From Fibrobacteria bacterium (GTDB lineage: Bacteria > Fibrobacterota > Fibrobacteria > UBA11236 > JADFYW01), in NCBI GenBank assembly GCA_050294405.1, contig JBNKOC010000030.1:1-64000 (forward strand): 64,000 nucleotides of DNA, written 5' to 3'. How positions within the stretch are numbered: position 1 is the first letter of the stretch; every line of letters begins with the position of its first letter. Position numbers and translations under genes: made by a program. This document shows, one piece after another, positions 31,311 to 41,206 of the stretch. The notes under the pieces were generated by a model, which was given only the letters and a program-made list of their open reading frames with translations, searched no databases and was not told the origin of the DNA.

Positions 31311-32348
31311 TTATTGCAGTTTTCTGGCGGCATCCAGAGCAAAATAGCTCAGGATAATATCTGCTCCAGCCCTTTTCATACAAAGCAAGCTTTCCATCAT
31401 GGCGGCCTCTTCATCAAGCCAGCCGTTTTGAGCTGCCGCCTTTATCATGGCGTATTCACCACTAACATTGTAGGCCGCAATGGGGAGGTTTACATTCTTT
31501 TTTAACAAGGCAATAATATCCAAATAGGGAAGGCCGGGCTTTACCATAACCATGTCCGCACCTTCTTCCACGTCCATCATTACTTCCCGAAGCGCCTCTC
31601 TGGAATTTGCAGGGTCCATTTGATAGGTCTTTTTATCTTTGGGAATGTCATCTGAACCTTTAGGCGCAGATTCAAGGGCATCCCTAAAAGGACCGTAAAA
31701 GGCAGAAGCGTATTTTGCCGCATAGGATAAGATGCCAACATCGCTAAATGCAAACTCATCCAGCACCGAGCGGATGTATCCCACGCGGCCATCCATCATA
31801 TCTGAGGGCGCTACGATATCCGCCCCGGCTTCAGCCTGTATTTTTGCCATTTGTCCAAGTATTTCCAAAGTGGCATCATTATTGATCTTGCCATTTTCCA
31901 CCAGGCCATCGTGGCCATCAATAGAGTATGGATCCATGGCCACATCTGTTACCACGGTAACGCCGGGAAACTTTGATTTGATTTCAGAGATGGTGTTGGG
32001 GTACAGCCCTTTAGGATTGGCCGATTCGCTGGCTGTTTTATCTTTTTTTTCGGCGGGCAGGGCTGGAAATAAGGCCACTGCGGGAACAGCTAATTTTAAA
32101 GCTTCTTCTACTTGTTTTAATATGCCGTCAATGGAATAGCGATATTGACCGGGCATAGACCCTATGGCCTGTTTTATATTCTTCCCTTCGGTCACAAAGA
32201 GAGGAAGAATGAAATCACTAGGGGAGAGCTGATTTTCCCGAACCATGCTCCGAATGCTTGGGCTTACCCTGTTGCGTCTGGGGCGAGAAGGAATGTATAT
32301 CTCCTCGTCGCCATGATGATGGTGGTGATCACAGCATTCTTCAGTCAT
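31311..32348 (-). CDS. hemB: Porphobilinogen synthase, Asp-rich Zn-independent type
   Basis: RPRRNR, DVAMDPYSIDGHDG, APSDMMDGRV, YQMDPAN, MVKPG, YNVSGEY. Confidence 0.97.
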   Translation of the reverse strand: MTEECCDHHHHHGDEEIYIPSRPRRNRVSPSIRSMVRENQLSPSDFILPLFVTEGKNIKQAIGSMPGQYRYSIDGILKQVEEALKLAVPAVALFPALPAEKKDKTASESANPKGLYPNTISEIKSKFPGVTVVTDVAMDPYSIDGHDGLVENGKINNDATLEILGQMAKIQAEAGADIVAPSDMMDGRVGYIRSVLDEFAFSDVGILSYAAKYASAFYGPFRDALESAPKGSDDIPKDKKTYQMDPANSREALREVMMDVEEGADMVMVKPGLPYLDIIALLKKNVNLPIAAYNVSGEYAMIKAAAQNGWLDEEAAMMESLLCMKRAGADIILSYFALDAARKLQ

Positions 32349-32361
32349 AATATTTCCTTTT

Positions 32362-32751
32362 TTACAGGGCCGCTACAATTTGTTTGCGCAGCTCAGACAA
32401 TTCTTCGGGAATGGCAGGCTTAGCTCGGGAGAAAGTTAAATCTCCCTCCCCAAACATGGGCACTAAATGCACATGGGCGTGGGGTACTTCAAGCCCTGCC
32501 ACCATAATGCCAACTCTTTTACAGGGGACCGCTTTTTCTAAAGCGGGAATTATTTTTTTGGCAAATGGCAAAAGGCCGGATAAAATATCGTCGTCCAAAT
32601 CAAAGATGTAATCGGTTTCCTGTTTGGGAATAACCAGACAATGACCGGGATTAATGGGACGAATATCTAAAAAAGCGAAATACTTGTCGCTTTCAAGTAT
32701 TTTTTCGCAAGGTATTTCTCCCTGGATAATTTTGGTAAAAATACTTGGCAT
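32362..32751 (-). CDS. HIT family nucleotide hydrolase
   Basis: IFTKIIQGEIP, GHCLVIPK, HAHVH triad. Confidence 0.95.
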   Translation of the reverse strand: MPSIFTKIIQGEIPCEKILESDKYFAFLDIRPINPGHCLVIPKQETDYIFDLDDDILSGLLPFAKKIIPALEKAVPCKRVGIMVAGLEVPHAHVHLVPMFGEGDLTFSRAKPAIPEELSELRKQIVAAL

Positions 32752-32797
32752 GAATGGAATCGATATGCCTGTGCAGCGCAGGCATATACATTCAAAA

Positions 32798-32980
32798 TTA
32801 TTTTATCTCTTTATGAACTGTGTGGCGGTTCAAAAAAGGATTGTACTTTTTAATTTCAATTCTTCCAGGCTGCTTAGACTTATTTTTTGTGTACATGTAG
32901 CGGCTAGGCGGCTTTCCTTCGTTGCGAGCCTCTGTGCATTCCACTGTTACCACTACTCGTTTTCCTTTAATTTGTGGCAT
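32798..32980 (-). CDS. rpmG: 50S ribosomal protein L33, zinc-free type
   Basis: [31 protein letters not shown]; one Cys only. Confidence 0.95.
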   Translation of the reverse strand: MPQIKGKRVVVTVECTEARNEGKPPSRYMYTKNKSKQPGRIEIKKYNPFLNRHTVHKEIK

Positions 32981-33017
32981 TCTACAAATCCTTATTAAAA
33001 ATGTTTTCGGGCAAATA

Positions 33018-34574
33018 TTAATTAATTTGCTCTAAAATTTCCAATTCCTGGTTGGTTTTATCCTGACTCCAGATTCCCAGGGTGTTTGTAGCAAAAACGT
33101 TGACGTCGTAGACTCCAGGCTCAAAGACGCCGAAGATCCCGGGTGAAAACTCCCAACTGCCGTCAGACTTTGGCTTTGTGTTTTTCCTTAGGCCCTTTAC
33201 CTCCAGGATGATAGTGGCCAGGGTATCGGAAACCCAGCCGTTAAATCCGGGAATACTGTCAGAAATGACCTGTTTGACGATACTTACTTCAGGGGGTTGG
33301 GGGCAAAGGGTTAAACCGGATAAAGTGGTTTTTCTTTTGAAAAAGTCCAATTGGCTGGAATCGTGAAAGCAAAATCCATCGTTTAAAATTAAAAATTCCA
33401 ACTTGTTAAGTCTGGTAATTTCCCTGGGAAGGGAATCTAATGGGTTGTCTTTTAGGTTTAAGCTGTTAAGGACAGATAAATTTCCCAGGGACCTGGGCAT
33501 ATCCCGGAGCTTATTTTGGCTGAGCATTAGGGTAATGAGTTTATTGGCTTGGCCCAGGCTGTTGGGCATGGATTCCAGTTCGTTGTTTTCCAGGAATAAC
33601 TCTTTGAGAGAAATGAGCCCTCCAAAAAACTCTCTAAGATTTTTCAGCTTGTTGTGGCTTAAATCCAGGATTTCCAACTTGGAAAGTTTTATTAGTGAAT
33701 CGGGAATTGAAATTATTTGGTTGCGGCCCAAATAAATCTTTTCCAGTTCTGTTAAATTTCCCAAGTCGCTTGGAAGGTTCACCATTAAGTTTTGTGAAAA
33801 ATCCATTATTCGCAATAGGCTGTCTTTGGTAAGTTTTACGGGAAACTGGTTTATTTCATTTGCTCTGCCATAAATTTCTTCCAGGCTGCTCAGTTGGTCT
33901 ATTTTTTCGGGAAGGGATTTGATTTTATTGTTTTGGAAATTTAAAACTTTAAGTTGGGATAGGTCGTCAATAGTTTTACTAAAGCTTCCCAAATTGTTGT
34001 CTCTAACGTTTAAATGCTCCAATTTGGCCCAGCGAGTAGTTTCTGAAACCAGGTTAGTTAATTGGTTGTAACTTACATCTAAAAATTTTAGGTTAGGCAG
34101 CTTTGCCATAGATTGGGGAATACTTTGCAACTGGCAGCGGGAGCAACTCAATGTATCTAATTTTTCCAATTGGCCTATGGCATTGGGCAGTTTGGCTAAT
34201 AAGCTGCCATCTGCAATTATGGAGGTTAACTCGGTTAAAAAGGCAGTTGTGTCGGGCAAAATTTTAAGTTGGGAATTCGCGAAGTTGAGTTTTACGATGC
34301 GGTTATTTTTAAGGACGCGGTACTTTGTTTCATTGGAGTTGGAAATACCGTTTTCCTCCAGTATTAAGGCTAAAATATCCGCATCTCGCTGGGCTGAATC
34401 TATGGTTATGCTATCCAGGGCCAAACTGTCCGAAGCCGCAGGGTCTTTTTTTATGGCGTCCGGCGGGTCAAGTATGCATCCCTGGAAGAATCCCGCGGAA
34501 AGGTAGAAGACAGGTAGGGCAACAAAGAGCGCGCGGATAACCGGTATATAACATTTGGATACTTTTGCTAACAT
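33018..34574 (-). CDS. Leucine-rich repeat lipoprotein with C-terminal Ig-like domain
   Basis: Lipobox FQGC; tandem 23-aa LxxLxLxxNxLxxLP repeats; C-terminal DGSW...[13 protein letters not shown]...D.T..EL.I. Confidence 0.9.
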   Translation of the reverse strand: MLAKVSKCYIPVIRALFVALPVFYLSAGFFQGCILDPPDAIKKDPAASDSLALDSITIDSAQRDADILALILEENGISNSNETKYRVLKNNRIVKLNFANSQLKILPDTTAFLTELTSIIADGSLLAKLPNAIGQLEKLDTLSCSRCQLQSIPQSMAKLPNLKFLDVSYNQLTNLVSETTRWAKLEHLNVRDNNLGSFSKTIDDLSQLKVLNFQNNKIKSLPEKIDQLSSLEEIYGRANEINQFPVKLTKDSLLRIMDFSQNLMVNLPSDLGNLTELEKIYLGRNQIISIPDSLIKLSKLEILDLSHNKLKNLREFFGGLISLKELFLENNELESMPNSLGQANKLITLMLSQNKLRDMPRSLGNLSVLNSLNLKDNPLDSLPREITRLNKLEFLILNDGFCFHDSSQLDFFKRKTTLSGLTLCPQPPEVSIVKQVISDSIPGFNGWVSDTLATIILEVKGLRKNTKPKSDGSWEFSPGIFGVFEPGVYDVNVFATNTLGIWSQDKTNQELEILEQIN

Positions 34575-34575
34575 A

Positions 34576-35073
34576 TCAGGATAAATCGGGTTTTCGGTAA
34601 ATGATTTTAATTAACACCTGGGCTAACTCGGGATTACGCGCCACCAAGGTATCCAACTGGGCGAAATAATTTTTTTTATCGCCCATGTTGTAATATATCT
34701 TGCCCAGCTCGTAATGGGCGTAATACCAATCGGGCTTTATTTTAAGGGTTTGCCGCAAGGATTGAATGGCGAACTCGTATTGATTGATGTTTCCATAACA
34801 TATGCCAAGTCCCATATAAGCTCTGGGGTTCTTTTTGTTAAGTTTAAGGGCCTGATTAAAATAATGTATGCCACTGCTAAAATCCTGTTCCTCAATTTTT
34901 AACCAGCCAAGGCCTGTTAAAGCCAGGTCATTTTTTGGGTCGCCGGCTAAAGCTTTGGAAAGAGCTTCAAACTCCCATTGAAGGGTTTCGGGGTTTTTTG
35001 CACTGCCTTTTAACTGGCTTTCTTCAAAGGAGGAACAGCCCAAAAACAGAAAAAGTAAAAGCAAGCTTTTCAC
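34576..35073 (-). CDS. TPR-containing lipoprotein
   Basis: Lipobox FLGC; TPR helices ALTGLG, AYMGLG, AHYELG; GTG start. Confidence 0.85.
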   Translation of the reverse strand: MKSLLLLFLFLGCSSFEESQLKGSAKNPETLQWEFEALSKALAGDPKNDLALTGLGWLKIEEQDFSSGIHYFNQALKLNKKNPRAYMGLGICYGNINQYEFAIQSLRQTLKIKPDWYYAHYELGKIYYNMGDKKNYFAQLDTLVARNPELAQVLIKIIYRKPDLS

Positions 35074-35214
35074 AGCTTTTCTCCATGGGGCCTTAACTTT
35101 TCCCCCTTTTTAATTATCCCACCAAATTGCCTAAATCGCCAATATTCACCATATTTTTACAAAAATGTGGAAAAACTCCCTCAATTTTTAGTTTTTTATC
35201 ATTTGTTGAGCTCT

Positions 35215-37794
35215 ATGGCCCGTCTGTTTCGTTATTTGAAATCCCATCCAAAAACTTCTTTGAAGGCTTATTTAATATTACTGGCTTTTGTGGGCTATTT
35301 CATTAGCCTGGCGCCGGGGATTTCTTTGTGGGATAGTCCAGAATTTTCTGCTGCCATTAACCAATTGGGAATTCCCCATCCGCCAGGAACTCCCATGTAT
35401 ATGATTGCGGGCAAGTTTTGGGATTTGCTTTTTTCTTTTTTTGTTGAACCTGCATTCCGTCATAATTTATTGTCCTTGTTTTCAGCTTTGGTTTCTTTGC
35501 TTTTGTTATTCGATATAGCACTTATTTTTGCCAGAAATTTTTTTAAAGAAAGCAATTTGCAGTTCGGGGTCGCCCTAGGGGCGCCCATGCTGCTTAGCTT
35601 TTCCAAAACCTTTTGGTTTAATGCTGTGGAAACTGAAGTTTATGCTCCGGCCATGGCGATTATGTTATTGGAAGCCTGGCTGGTACTTAGTATTCCCCAA
35701 AGCTCCCCTCTCCTGCAAAAGAAAAAAGGGCTGTTGTTTATATATGTATCTGTATTGGGCATTGGGGTCCATATGTATTCTATGTTGCTTTTTTTGCCTC
35801 TTTACATGATTTTAGGCGGTTTTTGGAATAAGATTCGCTTTGGTAAAACCGGCCTTTTTCTATTCTTTTTTATCTTTCTTTCGGCCTCTCTGGGATTTGC
35901 TATTCCTGCCCTGTCTGAAAAACCCTGGTTTTTGCTAGGAGCCGCCACTATTTCAATAATGTTAATCGTTTTGGGTTTTAGGTTAGGGGAGTTTAAAGAT
36001 TGGGCTTTTTGGGTTAGCGGATTAGCATGCCTTTTAGTTATCGTAAATCCTGTCTGGTTTTATGTTAGTGTGTGTTTTCTTCTTTTGTTTTTTACCTGCG
36101 TTTATCTTTATGGAAAGAAACCGCGTTGGCTTTTTCCAAGCCTTTCTTTGCTGTTGGTTGTAGTTGCCTACAGCCACCAAATGTATTTACCTCTGCGTTC
36201 CTCGTTAAACCCCTATTTAAATGAAAATAACCCCCAAAGCTGGTCCTCCTTTTTGGAAACATTGGAGCGAAAACAATATGGCTCGGAAAATATGTTGTCC
36301 AGAATGTTCCACAGACGGGGCGCTTGGAGCTCCCAATTGGCAAACGGCAGCCATATTGGTTTTTTAAATTACCAATGGGAACAGTATTTCAATTTAAATG
36401 GGGTATTACCCTTTAAAAGCCTTAATGGAATGCTGGGGGCAATTGTGTGGGGTCTTTCCCTTTCAGCTCTTTGGGGTTTGCGAAAGAAAAACAAGAACTG
36501 GGCTATGTATCTTCTTTGTATGTATAGTCTTTGCTCATTGGGTTTAGCGCTTTATATGAATTTTTCAGATGGAAGTAAAATCAGCCATCAGCAAAAAAAA
36601 CGCTGGTTAGTAAAAGCCAAGGAAAGCTATGAATTATTAAAAACAAAATCAGATAATCTTCCTGAATTTCCAGACCCCGATAAACTGGCCCAAACTGAAT
36701 TGCTGTTGGAACGTTTTCCAGAGCAAAGATCCGAATGGCTTTCCGGGAATCGGGGGAAAATGTTTATGGAATTTATTCAATTGCAAAATATGGCCAAAAA
36801 TCAGGGACTTGATTTTCCCCGGGTTCCCAAAACCGAACATAGGGAAGTGAGGGAAAGAGATTATTTCTTTGTCCCGGCTTTTATTTGGTTTTCTTTGATA
36901 TTTTCCCTGATGTTAGCTGTGTTTTGGAAAAGGCTAGGGGGCAAGAACCTAGGACCAGTTCCCCTGGTTGTATCCTCTTTGCTGTGGGTACCCGGCTTTG
37001 CCAGCCATTTTAATAGTAACAACCGCCGGGGTGATTATGTGGCCGAAAATTTTGCCATGAATTGCCTTATTTCCTGCCCCCCCGATGCGGTGCTATACAC
37101 TAATGGAGATAACGATACTTTTCCTCTTTGGTATCTGCAAAGTGTGAAAAATATAAGGCCTGATGTTCGTATTATTAATTTTTCCCTGAGCAATTTAGAG
37201 TGGTATGTGCGTCAATTGGCCGAAGGGAAAAACGCCCTCAGCCTTCCCAATGTTTTAAAAGACAGCGGAAAATTTCCGGAAACAGCCTGGTATAAATTTT
37301 CCAGCCCCCAAAGATTAAAAGCTCCGGGAGACAGCAGCTTATATGTTGTGCTGGGGAAAGATAGCCAATATGAATTGCTGGATGTCCAAACTATGGTATT
37401 AATGGATGTGGCCTTGTATAACGGCACACAAAGGCCCGTATGTTTTAACATCATGACTCCTTCCCATATATTAATGGGATTGGACAGCTATTTTGAAGAG
37501 CGGGGCCTGGTAAGTTGCATTTCCAAAGAACCCGGGTTTAACTTGCCTCTTTTAGACAGTTTACTTCTTAAAGAATATGTATACGATTTTTCTGCGCGAT
37601 TTAGCCAACGCAAAGATTATTGGCAGTTAACATGGCCCTATAAAAGCCTTGTTGAAAAAGCTTATGAGGCCCATATAAGCTCACAAGACGAAGTTAGCAC
37701 TGACGGGAAGATAAAAAAGAAAAAGACAGAAACCCCTGTTATAAAGGAATACCGGCAACTGTCAAAAAAAATGAATTTTGGAGTGGAGTTTTAG
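35215..37794 (+). CDS. DUF2723/TMEM260-like (GT117) membrane glycosyltransferase, putative protein O-mannosyltransferase
   Basis: WDSPEF, GIPHPPGTP, AVETEVY, YLPLRS, RKQY, EVRERDYFF, TNGDNDTFPLWYLQ. Confidence 0.9.
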   Translation: MARLFRYLKSHPKTSLKAYLILLAFVGYFISLAPGISLWDSPEFSAAINQLGIPHPPGTPMYMIAGKFWDLLFSFFVEPAFRHNLLSLFSALVSLLLLFDIALIFARNFFKESNLQFGVALGAPMLLSFSKTFWFNAVETEVYAPAMAIMLLEAWLVLSIPQSSPLLQKKKGLLFIYVSVLGIGVHMYSMLLFLPLYMILGGFWNKIRFGKTGLFLFFFIFLSASLGFAIPALSEKPWFLLGAATISIMLIVLGFRLGEFKDWAFWVSGLACLLVIVNPVWFYVSVCFLLLFFTCVYLYGKKPRWLFPSLSLLLVVVAYSHQMYLPLRSSLNPYLNENNPQSWSSFLETLERKQYGSENMLSRMFHRRGAWSSQLANGSHIGFLNYQWEQYFNLNGVLPFKSLNGMLGAIVWGLSLSALWGLRKKNKNWAMYLLCMYSLCSLGLALYMNFSDGSKISHQQKKRWLVKAKESYELLKTKSDNLPEFPDPDKLAQTELLLERFPEQRSEWLSGNRGKMFMEFIQLQNMAKNQGLDFPRVPKTEHREVRERDYFFVPAFIWFSLIFSLMLAVFWKRLGGKNLGPVPLVVSSLLWVPGFASHFNSNNRRGDYVAENFAMNCLISCPPDAVLYTNGDNDTFPLWYLQSVKNIRPDVRIINFSLSNLEWYVRQLAEGKNALSLPNVLKDSGKFPETAWYKFSSPQRLKAPGDSSLYVVLGKDSQYELLDVQTMVLMDVALYNGTQRPVCFNIMTPSHILMGLDSYFEERGLVSCISKEPGFNLPLLDSLLLKEYVYDFSARFSQRKDYWQLTWPYKSLVEKAYEAHISSQDEVSTDGKIKKKKTETPVIKEYRQLSKKMNFGVEF

Positions 37795-37814
37795 GCCGGC
37801 AACCAAGCGCATTT

Positions 37815-39008
37815 TTAACGCAATTTTTTAATATCGTCTATTACTTCTCTTTTGGCCAATTCTTCGGAAAGAGGCGTGGAGTAAACATGCAGGCCGTTAC
37901 CCCCTCTGCATTTAACCGTATACATGGCCTCATCGGCTTTGGATACCAAAAGATTGGCGCTCATAAGCCCCCATTCCTTATGGTATTCCGTTATTCCTAT
38001 AGACAGAGAAGTGGCTCCCAGTTTTTGATTCACAAAATCCAGTAAAATTCTATCGCAGATGATTTTGCAACCTTTGGCGTTGGTTTCGGGAAAAAGCAAC
38101 ACGAATTCATCGCCCCCATAACGAAAGGCCCAGTCTAAATCTTTGCGGATTTGGTCCTGGATTATTTTGCTCAAAACCACCAGTAAATTGTCCCCGGCAA
38201 GATGGCCAAAATTATCGTTGTACTCCTTAAATTTGTCCACATCGATTAGGGCCAGGGAAAGGGGCCTGTCGGGATAACGGTTGTGGATTTTTTGCAACTT
38301 GGTGGCTTCTGTTTTTAAGTGACGCACATTGTATAAGCCTGTGAGGCTATCTGTAATGGAAAGTTGAGTGAGCTGCTCATTTTTATCTTTGAGTTCTTTT
38401 TCAAGCATTCGGCGGTGGGTCACATTTTTGCACGTAAAAATATCTCCCAAAAATTGCTTGTTGTGATGGTGAACCTGGGCATTGCCCGTTTTTTTATCGA
38501 ATAAACTGGAAACCGTTACGGAAAGCCAAATGCTCTCTCCAGTGGATTTGTTTTTAATGGCCAGCTCAATGGCGTTAGCAACTCCCTTTTCTTTAACCTC
38601 TTCTAGCAAAACTGAAATGGCGTCGGGGTCATCGAAAAGACTGCGTACATCTTTACCCAAAACCTCCAGTGCGGGAATTCCAAAAGCCTGTTCAGAGCCG
38701 TGGTTGAACTTTATAATTCGGTGCTCTAAATCCGTGGTAAAAATAATGTCTTTGGAGTTTGAAACGATACTTTCAAAATACCAGGACTTGGACTCCAACC
38801 GTTTGAGTCGTTTTTGTTGGCTGTCGAAAAGCTCGTCCTTTTCAAGAAGCTCCAAATGTCTTATGCCCCAAAAAGCTCCGGCCAGACAAAGCAAAAATAT
38901 AGGCAAAATTGGCTGATGTAAATAAAAAATAGCCAGCCCACACCATACCAGCATGATAATCAAAACGGCTGAATAGTAAGCTCGGAAAGTTTTAGGCTTA
39001 TTTGGCAT
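37815..39008 (-). CDS. Membrane-anchored PAS-GGDEF diguanylate cyclase
   Basis: Two TM helices, PAS, TDSLTGLYN, DVDKFKEYNDNFGHLAGD, RYGGDEF, ADEAMY. Confidence 0.95.
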   Translation of the reverse strand: MPNKPKTFRAYYSAVLIIMLVWCGLAIFYLHQPILPIFLLCLAGAFWGIRHLELLEKDELFDSQQKRLKRLESKSWYFESIVSNSKDIIFTTDLEHRIIKFNHGSEQAFGIPALEVLGKDVRSLFDDPDAISVLLEEVKEKGVANAIELAIKNKSTGESIWLSVTVSSLFDKKTGNAQVHHHNKQFLGDIFTCKNVTHRRMLEKELKDKNEQLTQLSITDSLTGLYNVRHLKTEATKLQKIHNRYPDRPLSLALIDVDKFKEYNDNFGHLAGDNLLVVLSKIIQDQIRKDLDWAFRYGGDEFVLLFPETNAKGCKIICDRILLDFVNQKLGATSLSIGITEYHKEWGLMSANLLVSKADEAMYTVKCRGGNGLHVYSTPLSEELAKREVIDDIKKLR

Positions 39009-39024
39009 TCAGGCTTTTTCCTGT

Positions 39025-39639
39025 TTAAATAGTACCTTTATTTGTAGGTGAAAAAAAGAGCTTTGACAATAAATCCTGGTGGGGAAAACTTTTACGAATC
39101 TTATCAAAAGCCTTGCCCCAATTGTAAAAATCTTTTTTTGAGGCGGCATCAAACTGGGCTTTTCCCTTTACAGAAAATGGCAGGCTGAAATCTCCAGAAG
39201 CGGAAAGCTGGTCAAAAACATGGACTTCTCCTTTAAGTTCCAGGCCGGAATCCAAAAATTTTAGTTCTAAAAATTCCAGCTGGATTCGGTAATTGGGCCG
39301 CTCGCTTTGATGGACAATTTCAATTTTTTTGGTGGGGGAGTAGAGGCCTACCCGGTTGGTAAATTCCTTTTGCAATTCGTCCCCTAATTTTTCCATGGGG
39401 TTTTCATTTATAAACTGTTCTGGCCAGTTTTCTAAATTTTGAACTTGTGTTTCATCTTTTAATGGGATTACAGACAGCCGCAGGTTTTCCTGTAAGGAAA
39501 TTCTTTTTTCTGAGGCCTTGTTTTTTGGGGAGTTAGACCCGCATCCCGGAAAAAATAAAATGAGGCCAAATAGCACGATTTTGAGGAACTGTTTCCCCTT
39601 GTAGAAAAATTGAATTTTTTTTAAAAATCTCTCAAACAT
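39025..39639 (-). CDS. Hypothetical lipoprotein
   Basis: 204-aa ORF with hydrophobic segment and FPGC lipobox-like motif; start uncertain. Confidence 0.65.
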   Translation of the reverse strand: MFERFLKKIQFFYKGKQFLKIVLFGLILFFPGCGSNSPKNKASEKRISLQENLRLSVIPLKDETQVQNLENWPEQFINENPMEKLGDELQKEFTNRVGLYSPTKKIEIVHQSERPNYRIQLEFLELKFLDSGLELKGEVHVFDQLSASGDFSLPFSVKGKAQFDAASKKDFYNWGKAFDKIRKSFPHQDLLSKLFFSPTNKGTI

Positions 39640-39781
39640 TCAGGGATAATTTTTTGTAAAAATTTGTTAAAGTTCCCAGCTTAATTGTCCGAAAATTATG
39701 GAGAGAAGAAAAAGCTTTTTTGCCTGCATTTAAGCTTTTTTTTTCCGGTGAAAGCCATAGCGGGTTTAGGTTTTCCCTGAT

Positions 39782-41050
39782 TTAAGCTTGCGTTAAAAAT
39801 GGATTTTCACTGTCTTCTCTCTGATCGTGAGGGTGAGTGTCTTCCCCAGATGCTCCCCTTTCGCCGGAGGAGGGAACTCCAAGTAATTTTATTTGCGTAA
39901 CCTCGCTTTTTGCGCCAATTCTAAGGGGTGGGCCCCAAAATCCTGTTCCCTGACTGACATACAGCCAGCAATCTCCAAATTTTTTTAGACCGGATAGTAG
40001 CACGTTGGAGCGTTTGGCAAAATAGTTCCAGGGCCAATACTGTCCACCGTGGGTATGGCCGGAAATTTGTAAATCCACTTTGGCTTTTTGCGCCAGCGCA
40101 AGGGTATTGGGCTGATGCGCTAAAAGTATGCGCGGTAGGTCTTCGGGAATGCCCGCAAATGCTTTTTCCGGCGAACAGGGATTTTCCCGGTCGAATTGCC
40201 CGGCTTTCAAATCGCTAACGCCTCCTAGGGCTATTTTCTGATTTTCTTTTTCTAAAATGACATGTTCATTCATTAAAATGTGGAGGCCCAAGTCTTTTAG
40301 GAGTACCAGCCAGGGAGCAGCTCCTGAATAATATTCATGGTTGCCTGTTACAAAATAAACTCCGAGAGGAGCCTTTAATTTTCTAAGAGGCTCAGCTTTC
40401 CCTTTTAAGATCTCCGCCGGTCCGTCTACCAGGTCGCCGGTAATAACAATAATATCAGCATTTGCCTGCATGACTTTTTGCACGACCCGTTCCACAAACT
40501 CCTTGGGTAAGGTGGCGGCAATGTGCAAATCGCTGATTTGGGCGATGTTTAAGCCTGAAAAATCGGGCTTTATTTTTTTTAATTTCACAGTCACTTTTTT
40601 AAAGGAGGGAGTGCGGTAAGCGCCTAACATTCCCCATAACATCATAAGTAAACAGAGAGCAAGCACCAGCCAGGAACCCCATTGAATGGTTTGGCCAGCA
40701 TGTATTTTGGATATGGGCAAAAGCCAGTATAGGCCTCCAAATACTTTCTTTAGTAAAAGCAGAGGAAGGGCCAGAGTAAAAAAACCCAGCAAAAAGCTGG
40801 AAGTCAAATGCATCAGGGTAATGGGATAGGCCCCCCAGTTCAGACCCCGCACCGAAAAGGAAAACACCATGGAACAAAAGGCGCAAAACAAAGCACCCCA
40901 ATAGATAATGGCCATGGGCACGCTGGAATTAAAATCCGGGGCAAAGCTCCAGCCCACAAAAAACACGCCTAATCCCAATATGGAAAAGGCCATGCCCAAA
41001 AAGCTTAGGAAAGGCCAGTGAACTCTAGTCTTTTGGTCAGGTTGAGACAT
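39782..41050 (-). CDS. Membrane-bound metallophosphoesterase (YkuE/YaeI-like)
   Basis: N-terminal TM helices; SDLH, GDLVD, GNHEYY, LLAHQP, GHTHGGQ, WGPPLR. Confidence 0.93.
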   Translation of the reverse strand: MSQPDQKTRVHWPFLSFLGMAFSILGLGVFFVGWSFAPDFNSSVPMAIIYWGALFCAFCSMVFSFSVRGLNWGAYPITLMHLTSSFLLGFFTLALPLLLLKKVFGGLYWLLPISKIHAGQTIQWGSWLVLALCLLMMLWGMLGAYRTPSFKKVTVKLKKIKPDFSGLNIAQISDLHIAATLPKEFVERVVQKVMQANADIIVITGDLVDGPAEILKGKAEPLRKLKAPLGVYFVTGNHEYYSGAAPWLVLLKDLGLHILMNEHVILEKENQKIALGGVSDLKAGQFDRENPCSPEKAFAGIPEDLPRILLAHQPNTLALAQKAKVDLQISGHTHGGQYWPWNYFAKRSNVLLSGLKKFGDCWLYVSQGTGFWGPPLRIGAKSEVTQIKLLGVPSSGERGASGEDTHPHDQREDSENPFLTQA

Positions 41051-41148
41051 TGTTTCAAAATAAAATGGTAAAAATAAATGCTATTCCAAGTTAAATCACT
41101 TTAGAAAAGGAAGAAACTAAATTAATTAAAAAAAGGCGCTTTTTGTCT

Positions 41149-41164
41149 TGGCATACTAGTTGCG
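41149..41164 (+). promoter_or_regulatory. sigma54 (-24/-12) promoter upstream of the sigma70-family gene
   Basis: TGGCAT-ACTAG-TTGCG, 42 nt upstream of ATG 41207. Confidence 0.7.
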
Positions 41165-41206
41165 ACTCTTACTCTTTTAAATAAACAAACTAAAGGTAGG
41201 CAAAAA

